A DNA stretch of 64,000 nucleotides from Candidatus Nomurabacteria bacterium (lineage in GTDB: Bacteria; Patescibacteriota; Minisyncoccia; Phycocordibacterales; UBA9973). The stretch lies in the NCBI GenBank assembly GCA_016699085.1, contig CP064958.1, positions 540,619 to 604,618 on the forward strand. Direction: 5' to 3'. Numbering within the stretch: the stretch's first letter is position 1; each line of letters opens with the position of its first letter. The translations under genes were made by a program, and so were the position numbers. Below are positions 57,866 through 64,000 of this stretch, in pieces. The notes beneath the pieces are model-generated. The model saw only the letters and a list, made by a program, of their open reading frames with translations. It ran no database searches and was not told the origin of the DNA.

Positions 57866-58900
57866 ATGCAAGAACTGACTCTCTATCGTAAATATCGCCC
57901 ACAGAAATTTGATGAAGTTATGGGGCAGGAACATATTGTAAAAGTTCTATCTGCTTCGATAAAAAGTGGCAAGATTGCTCATGCCTATCTCTTCTGTGGT
58001 GGTCGAGGCACCGGCAAGACAACGATTGCAAGAATCTTGGCAAAAGAGCTCGGTACCAATGAAAATGATATTTATGAAATCGATGCTGCGTCCAATAATG
58101 GCGTTGATGATATTCGCGAGCTTCGTGAAGGCGTATCGACGCTACCGTTTGATTCAAAGTATAAGATTTATATTCTTGATGAAGTGCACATGCTTTCGAA
58201 AGGTGCATTTAATGCATTACTGAAAACACTCGAAGAGCCGCCACAGCATGCCTTGTTTATGCTTGCAACAACAGAGATTGAGAAAGTACCTGAGACGATT
58301 ATTTCTCGCTGCCAAGTGTTTACGTTAAAAAAGCCGAACGAAGCGATGCTCAAAGAAATAGTGAAAAATACTGCCAAGAAGGAAGGGTATACATTGGCTG
58401 ATGGATCTCTTGGGCTTATTGCAACACTCGGTGATGGGTCATTTCGTGATACGTTAGGTATACTGCAGAAAGTAATCAGCTACTCAAAAGATACTAAAAT
58501 TAATGAAGCAGAAGTTGCATTGATAACTGGTGCGCCACGGAGTGAATTAGTGAATGACTTTATCACAATGCTTGCAACGAGAGATATTGCTGGTGGCTTT
58601 GCAACTATCCAAGAAGCAGTGAAAGCTAATATTGATATTAAAATATATTTGAAACTTATACTTGCAAAGCTCCGCTTTGCACTGGTGCTTCGGTATGCAC
58701 CTAGTATGAAGCCATTGCTCGCAGAATCAGTTTCGGAAAGCGACCTGATATTTCTAGAAAAATTAATTAAAGATAAGCCTGATACAATAACCTCTAAGTC
58801 CCTGGAAGTGCTTCTGGCAACGTCTCAAAAACTTCGATACGCGTTTATTCCAAATCTACCTCTTGAGCTCGCACTCGTTGAAATTATTGAGGGAAAATAA
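57866..58900 (+). CDS. dnaX: DNA polymerase III subunit gamma/tau (short)
   Basis: YRPQKF...GGRGTGKTT...DEVHML...SRCQ. Confidence 0.85.
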   Translation: MQELTLYRKYRPQKFDEVMGQEHIVKVLSASIKSGKIAHAYLFCGGRGTGKTTIARILAKELGTNENDIYEIDAASNNGVDDIRELREGVSTLPFDSKYKIYILDEVHMLSKGAFNALLKTLEEPPQHALFMLATTEIEKVPETIISRCQVFTLKKPNEAMLKEIVKNTAKKEGYTLADGSLGLIATLGDGSFRDTLGILQKVISYSKDTKINEAEVALITGAPRSELVNDFITMLATRDIAGGFATIQEAVKANIDIKIYLKLILAKLRFALVLRYAPSMKPLLAESVSESDLIFLEKLIKDKPDTITSKSLEVLLATSQKLRYAFIPNLPLELALVEIIEGK

Positions 58901-58932
58901 AATCTCAAGCAACTTGTGCTTGAGATTCGTGC

Positions 58933-59616
58933 TTAAGATGATGTGGCTACCTGGAGGATTCTCTCCTTTATTTTAGAGAGTAATATTTCAGGCTTATGCA
59001 TTAGCCAATAAAAAGGAAGCTCAATGACAACATCCTTTTTACTTTTCATCATCAGGCGCAAATAATATTCCAGATCACACGGCTCATTTTTCAAAAAATA
59101 TGATAGTTCAGACCACGATCTGGTTTGGAAATGAAGCACTCTTGTTATTCTTTTCCCCAGTACCTGATGTAAGAAATCTTCTTTTTTGTAGCGAGTACAT
59201 TTGAATTCCTTAATGTGTTGTGTATCGAGTACAAGTCCATGAGGATGATGTAGAAAATAATCAAAATTTCCATTTACCGGTGAAACTTCTACGAGACTTA
59301 TTGGATCTGTTGCAATGTCTATTCTCATTGCATTAGGGAAAAATGATTCAAATAAATAAAGTGTGTAGTCAACTTCATTTTGATTTCGGAAAAAAATATC
59401 CGCAATTAGGTCCCATTTTTTCTTAGGATCTCTAAAACTTCCCTTATACGCTACAACTAGGTCTTTGGGATAATTGCGCAAAACATCAAAATGAATTCCT
59501 CTGGCAGGCACAAGTTGGAGTCCGTCAAGCTTTGCATCTTTTCGTATTACTTCGATTTGTTGAATTTTTCTTGGCCAAAGTGTCAAAGTCGATATGTAGA
59601 TTTTTGGAATGTACAT
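58933..59616 (-). CDS. hypothetical protein (227 aa)
   Basis: ATG ORF. Confidence 0.4.
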   Translation of the reverse strand: MYIPKIYISTLTLWPRKIQQIEVIRKDAKLDGLQLVPARGIHFDVLRNYPKDLVVAYKGSFRDPKKKWDLIADIFFRNQNEVDYTLYLFESFFPNAMRIDIATDPISLVEVSPVNGNFDYFLHHPHGLVLDTQHIKEFKCTRYKKEDFLHQVLGKRITRVLHFQTRSWSELSYFLKNEPCDLEYYLRLMMKSKKDVVIELPFYWLMHKPEILLSKIKERILQVATSS

Positions 59617-59661
59617 TTTTACCTCCTGTTTTTTTCAATTTACATTGTATTTTAAATTTTG

Positions 59662-59946
59662 TCAATCAATTGTATATTTTATTTTGTTATTTTTGATTAT
59701 AGTTAGCTTATCCTTTCGACTTAATTTTTTTAATTCAGCTTCTCGATGGCGAGCTTCATTGTATGTCGCAAAGACTTCCTTGTATTGTAATGTGACAGGC
59801 CGTCTAATCTTTGTATAATGAGCACCAGATTTCAAATTATTATGGGCATACAGCCTCTTGGTAAGATTATTCGTTGACCCTATATAGAAAGTAGCATCAC
59901 TGCATTTTAAAATGTAGGTGAAGTATGCTTGGTGTGCAGTTTTCAT
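59662..59946 (-). CDS. GIY-YIG nuclease-family protein (UPF0213-like)
   Basis: YILKCSDATFYIGSTNNLTKRLYAHN... Confidence 0.8.
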   Translation of the reverse strand: MKTAHQAYFTYILKCSDATFYIGSTNNLTKRLYAHNNLKSGAHYTKIRRPVTLQYKEVFATYNEARHREAELKKLSRKDKLTIIKNNKIKYTID

Positions 59947-59947
59947 T

Positions 59948-60688
59948 TTATTTTCCGCTTATTGTGAGACTTTCAACCATTTTCTTGAGATCATCTCCAA
60001 ATGCTCTAACAGGAACTGCCGTTATGCCTTTATTTATATACTGTTCCATATCACCACTGAAGTTATTTTCCAATTCTTCAAGCTCTGGTGAGTCAAAATA
60101 GGGAATAAAACTCATGTATGCTTGAAGTACAGTAAGACCAGTGGATTGGTTTTTCGGGATGAAAAATGTGTATTGTGTTCGAGATTCGGTATTGAGTCTG
60201 CTAGCTTCGGGATTATGTATTCCTGATAGTCCAGATGGAGTTGTTATAGAAAAAAGTCTGAAAGATGAAAGTATTTCTGGGGCCACTTCTCCTGTGGCAA
60301 TTTTCAAAAGAAAATCATCTCCACAATCATTTTTGTTTTGTGGTTCAAGCTCATACATTCTAATGCCACTGCGGATAAAACTCTCTGAATTTTCAAGTTG
60401 TACATCTGGAAATACATATTCAAAGTCAAAGACATTCAAGGTGTCAGCTGTACGATAAGTGTCTTCCTCAGGACAATTTTTGTTACCCTCATTGAGACTA
60501 ATAGAGCCCCAGCTTTTAGGAAAAATAAATTCTAATCCGTACTCTGAAATTTTATATGTTACATATTCTTGTGATTCTGAAATATGTGTCGCATCAGGCT
60601 TGTTGATTGTTTCGTTTTTAATCGAAACAATCAATGCGATACCAACTAATGCAATGATGCCAAGAGCAATAAGATGCGATCTATTCAT
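59948..60688 (-). CDS. membrane-anchored hypothetical protein
   Basis: N-terminal TM. Confidence 0.4.
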   Translation of the reverse strand: MNRSHLIALGIIALVGIALIVSIKNETINKPDATHISESQEYVTYKISEYGLEFIFPKSWGSISLNEGNKNCPEEDTYRTADTLNVFDFEYVFPDVQLENSESFIRSGIRMYELEPQNKNDCGDDFLLKIATGEVAPEILSSFRLFSITTPSGLSGIHNPEASRLNTESRTQYTFFIPKNQSTGLTVLQAYMSFIPYFDSPELEELENNFSGDMEQYINKGITAVPVRAFGDDLKKMVESLTISGK

Positions 60689-60740
60689 ATGAATAGTATA
60701 GCAAATAGATTAATCTTTTTATCTTGATTCGCTTAACAGT

Positions 60741-61352
60741 TTATTGTGTCGCAATACATTGTGATTCGGCCAAATCTTTTTTAATTAGAGTAGTCAAATC
60801 TAGGCTTACTTTCGTATGTATTATTGCGTCAAAACCATCAGATATATAGCTACTTGCTTCGGGACAATTTTCTGGAGTTACTGGAAGAGTTGTTGGATTC
60901 CAGTAGGTAAGCACATCTGCCTCTGCTACAACTGGTTTTTTATATAAATCCTCGTACACTTTTTTACGAGAATTTAAGTCATATATTTTTAAACCTCGAT
61001 CAGGGCCAGTGCCGCTATCTAATACAAGGAAATTATTAGTGAAAAGCATAAAATATTCGGCATACTCATTCTTCACTTCAAAGTCATTTGTGCCTACTGT
61101 ATATGAACATTCAAATTTCTCATTTTCATCTGTCTTAAACTTTACTAAAATATCTGAACCAGCGTCAAGATTTGAATTTTTTTGAATAGCAAAATATTTT
61201 GAATTCTCAAAACATTTATTTAAATTAGGTGTATTAGTAGTAGCAAGTTGTGCAGGTTGAATATTATTTTTGTCGTATATATATATTCCGTAACAAATCG
61301 CTAAAATTGTTACAATTATTATTGAAATAATGAGGCCTTTTTGTTTGTTCAT
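60741..61352 (-). CDS. membrane-anchored hypothetical protein
   Basis: N-terminal TM. Confidence 0.4.
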   Translation of the reverse strand: MNKQKGLIISIIIVTILAICYGIYIYDKNNIQPAQLATTNTPNLNKCFENSKYFAIQKNSNLDAGSDILVKFKTDENEKFECSYTVGTNDFEVKNEYAEYFMLFTNNFLVLDSGTGPDRGLKIYDLNSRKKVYEDLYKKPVVAEADVLTYWNPTTLPVTPENCPEASSYISDGFDAIIHTKVSLDLTTLIKKDLAESQCIATQ

Positions 61353-61420
61353 GCGTATGAGTAATTAATAATAAACTAAACTTAGTAAACTCAACAAGCA
61401 AATGACGCTTCGCTTGACTT

Positions 61421-61566
61421 GCTGGGGGACAGGGATTCGGTCACAGGTATTTTTCTACTGAAAAATCTCGCGACCCTGCCTCGCACCGTCGTGCTCCGGC
61501 TTTCGAATCCCAACCCGCCCCATCGATGCAAATTTGCAATAGAAGTATCTATACAAATTTCCATTG
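61421..61566 (-). repeat. tRNA-linked conserved element, copy at tRNA-Gln: 19-nt duplicate of the tRNA 3' end (gctgggggacagggattcg), hairpin gtcacaggtatttttctactgaaaaatctcgcgacc, GC module ctgcctcgcaccgtcgtgctccggctttcgaatcc
   Basis: Duplicate of 61564-61582; the track ORF 61391..61705 is spurious. Confidence 0.85.
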
Positions 61567-61637
61567 CTGGGGGACAGGGATTCGAACCCCGATTAAAGGC
61601 TTCAAAGGCCTCTGTCCTACCATTAGACGATCCCCCA
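61567..61637 (-). tRNA. tRNA-Gln (TTG)
   Basis: Acceptor TGGGGGA/TCCCCCA, anticodon loop CTTTGAA. Confidence 0.8.
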
Positions 61638-61822
61638 ATGTATGTATCTTCGGGCCAATAGAGTGGTAGTAGGCAGAAGATTTGCTTGACGAATTGAGAA
61701 TACACTATTTTTCTTTCTCTTACAATAAATAGATGTATCTCTAAGGTTGCATTGCCTTTGCATATAGTGATTTTCCCCAGAAAATCTTACGTTTTACATG
61801 GTATACTTAAGGAACTATATCT

Positions 61823-64000
61823 ATGCATTTTCTTCAACACTTTTTTAAAAGACGCAAAGAGTCTGAACAGGCCCATCTTGATGATATTTTTTTTGATGAA
61901 AAGAATACAGTTTTGTCTTTAAAAGAGAAAGTTTGGACGATTACCCTAAGCTACAATCGAATCAAGTCATTTTTACGGCAGCATGAATGGCCACTTTTTT
62001 ATATTACAATCACGATTGTTGTCTTTGTTATTCTCGGTAGTTCCATGAGGAGTCAAGCCTCTGTTGCGCAGTTATATGCTACTTCATGTCTTGGAGGCTG
62101 GCAGAATACTAAAAATGCAGAAAATGCACCCGATGTTGCCGATAGAAATAATCTTTCACTTTTCTCAAAAGCAAACTCTGCATTCCTCGATAGTGCGAGT
62201 GGACAAATGTACTGTGGAGGATTTATCGGTGAATTTCCTGAAGCATCAATTCCAAATCAAATTAATGTTAAGTTTTCCTTATCAGTAGATACAGGCGATG
62301 TCCTTCATACAATAAATGAAGTTCCACAAAATGTTTCGCCGATTGACGCCTCACTAAATGGAACTGGCGACACTATACAAATACTTGAAGATATTAGTAC
62401 AACAAATACAGAAGATACAAATGTCCCAAGTGATGTTGAGATTGTGCCAGAACCTCAGGCGATTGAAGAGCCTGCTGCACCAAGTGAAGAAGTCCCTGTC
62501 GTGCCACCATCTCCAGAACTCGGTGCATTTCTTTTTAGAAATCTTTTTGCTAGGGCTCTTGCAGAAGATACTGTGCCTGAGTCTGTAGTACCATCTGAGC
62601 CACCTGTTTCAGATGTTATTCCAGAAACCAACAATGAATCTTTAGTAGAGGTAATACCTATTGAAACGCCATCAGATGTCGAGCCAGTGCCTGAAGTGTC
62701 AAATAGTGAGGAACAAGTTCTTGAGGTGTCCAATACTGAACAGATAATAGATGCGACTATAACCGCAGAAGAAGTAAGCAAAGCGGGAGACATATCATCT
62801 TCTGGATCATCTGCTGCAACATCTAACGTGCAGGAGTCAGTACTGAAAGTTGCGTACACCTTAAATGGTGTAGATTGGAAACCGCTTGGTTTTATTACTT
62901 GGAATACTTGGAAAGATGCTAGCTTCTCAATTCCATTGTCAGAAGCAAGCACATGGGGCGATATTGCAAAAATCCAAATAAGCATCGAGAGTGTTCCGAG
63001 TATTGATGAGCCACCAATTATCTATGTGGATAGTGTCTACATTGAAGTCGGGTATGATGAAATCAATGAATCAGATAATCATCCAGTCATTAAAATTATT
63101 GATCGATCCCTCAACCCGATTTCTGGAGAAACAAATTTCACGACTAATGATGCTGTTATTTTTGATGTCGTAGAACCTAATTTCACTAATGAGGAGATTA
63201 CACGTCTTATTCAAGAAGGCAAAGTTGAAGTGCTCCATGAAAAAGAAAATATATTTGGAGATGAGACATTTTCAGATGAGTTACTTCCGTCAGAAAGCTT
63301 AGATTCATTAAAGGAAGTTATTCAGCCTGCTATTGATGGAATAACTACTGAGGCCAATAACCAGTCTGATGAAAATGCTATAAATGACTTACAAATTATA
63401 GAAGGTGCTCCGCCTGAATCTTCTGAGCAAAGCATGGTACATGCCACCCCACTTAGTTTACTTCGTACTAGTAACACTAGAAAAGATTTTTTTTCGTTTA
63501 GTCCAAACGTTGCAATTGCAGCATCAATATATAACCAACCGCTTGATGTTGTTGTTTTAGATACTGATGGCAAGCCTACTGAAATTGCTGTAACAGTAAC
63601 AAATGTAGAAGTAGACGGTATCTTTAAGCGCCACATTAGTATCGAAAAACCTGAACGAAGATTTCGTCCAGGTAAATACACATTACGTATTGGGATTCAT
63701 ACACAAAATGCTGTCATTCAGTCAGATCAGGATTTTACATGGGGAGTGCTGGCTATTAACATAGATCGTTCAATTGAATTACCAGGCAAAGACGCATATA
63801 TCCAAATGGGCGTATTGAATGATCTGGGTCATACAATATGTAATGCCGTACTTACTCTTGATATAAAAAGTCCAAGTGGAATTGTGACGCATTTTGATAC
63901 GAGCGATGACAGTATTGTATCAGCAGATGAATGTGGCCCCGATAATATAACTGAAGTTCCAGATTACTTTAGTCACTATGTAGTTCCGGAAGAGATTGGT
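61823..64000 (+). CDS. large membrane-anchored surface protein with acidic Pro/Glu/Ser-rich linker, truncated at the window end (at least 726 aa); not in the ORF track
   Basis: Hand translation from ATG 61823 found no stop before the window end; TM segment WPLFYITITIVVFVILG; antisense track ORFs 62455..62985 and 63322..63681 are spurious. Confidence 0.55.
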   Translation, partial: MHFLQHFFKRRKESEQAHLDDIFFDEKNTVLSLKEKVWTITLSYNRIKSFLRQHEWPLFYITITIVVFVILGSSMRSQASVAQLYATSCLGGWQNTKNAENAPDVADRNNLSLFSKANSAFLDSASGQMYCGGFIGEFPEASIPNQINVKFSLSVDTGDVLHTINEVPQNVSPIDASLNGTGDTIQILEDISTTNTEDTNVPSDVEIVPEPQAIEEPAAPSEEVPVVPPSPELGAFLFRNLFARALAEDTVPESVVPSEPPVSDVIPETNNESLVEVIPIETPSDVEPVPEVSNSEEQVLEVSNTEQIIDATITAEEVSKAGDISSSGSSAATSNVQESVLKVAYTLNGVDWKPLGFITWNTWKDASFSIPLSEASTWGDIAKIQISIESVPSIDEPPIIYVDSVYIEVGYDEINESDNHPVIKIIDRSLNPISGETNFTTNDAVIFDVVEPNFTNEEITRLIQEGKVEVLHEKENIFGDETFSDELLPSESLDSLKEVIQPAIDGITTEANNQSDENAINDLQIIEGAPPESSEQSMVHATPLSLLRTSNTRKDFFSFSPNVAIAASIYNQPLDVVVLDTDGKPTEIAVTVTNVEVDGIFKRHISIEKPERRFRPGKYTLRIGIHTQNAVIQSDQDFTWGVLAINIDRSIELPGKDAYIQMGVLNDLGHTICNAVLTLDIKSPSGIVTHFDTSDDSIVSADECGPDNITEVPDYFSHYVVPEEIG

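Noticed and set aside
1-64000. CRISPR array
   Set aside because: The repeats seen are either irregularly spaced with gene-sized spacers, or a 54-bp tandem with no unique spacers. No cas genes are present.

Overview
This is an AT-rich, compact bacterial chromosome fragment. The housekeeping genes are short and tightly packed (gyrA, clpB, topA, hisS, serS, infB, rpsA, relA/spoT, dnaX, parB, miaA, dprA, fmt-def, lepB, pth, hpf, rbfA, msrA, rpmG and others). Many start codons appear to be GTG or TTG, and membrane-anchored solute-binding and pilin-like proteins are present. Together these point to a Candidate-Phyla-Radiation/Patescibacteria-like organism, which is an inference. The window splits into two parts.

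(1) Roughly 1-11,900 is an accessory region. It holds about 18 small, functionally unrelated genes: a DUF305/His-rich membrane pair, an ArsR regulator, an SRPBCC protein, a TauE permease, a stand-alone HD (p)ppGpp hydrolase, a VOC protein, a cyclase, and an AdoMetDC-like/SET-domain fusion. Every gene is separated from the next by modular palindromic repeats (family A, core CTCCGAAC...GTTCGGAAG), all in one orientation. Three unrelated genes share an identical promoter plus 5'-leader hairpin (family B). The block ends at tRNA-Asn with two 176-bp direct repeats, each opening with the tRNA 3' end.

(2) Roughly 12,000-64,000 is the core genome. Five further tRNAs here (Lys, Tyr, Trp, Leu-CAA, Gln) are each followed by a downstream copy of their own 3'-terminal 15-19 nt. 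Four of these copies abut the same conserved hairpin and GC-rich module, which I read as miniature att-like elements. The Tyr locus encloses 1.9 kb with two genes.

Other notable items are a tandem array of five paralogous two-TM pilin-like genes behind an orphan solute-binding protein, a GT2 + large polytopic glycosyltransferase + WG-repeat lipoprotein cluster, a 54-bp tandem repeat between lepB and pth, and a 24-bp perfect inverted repeat after gyrA. An unannotated rpmG (L33) lies before the THUMP methyltransferase. A large surface-protein ORF runs off the window end and is absent from the ORF track. No integrase, CRISPR array or rRNA is visible. All calls rest on motif-level reading of the translations and direct inspection of the DNA. 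No database searches were run.
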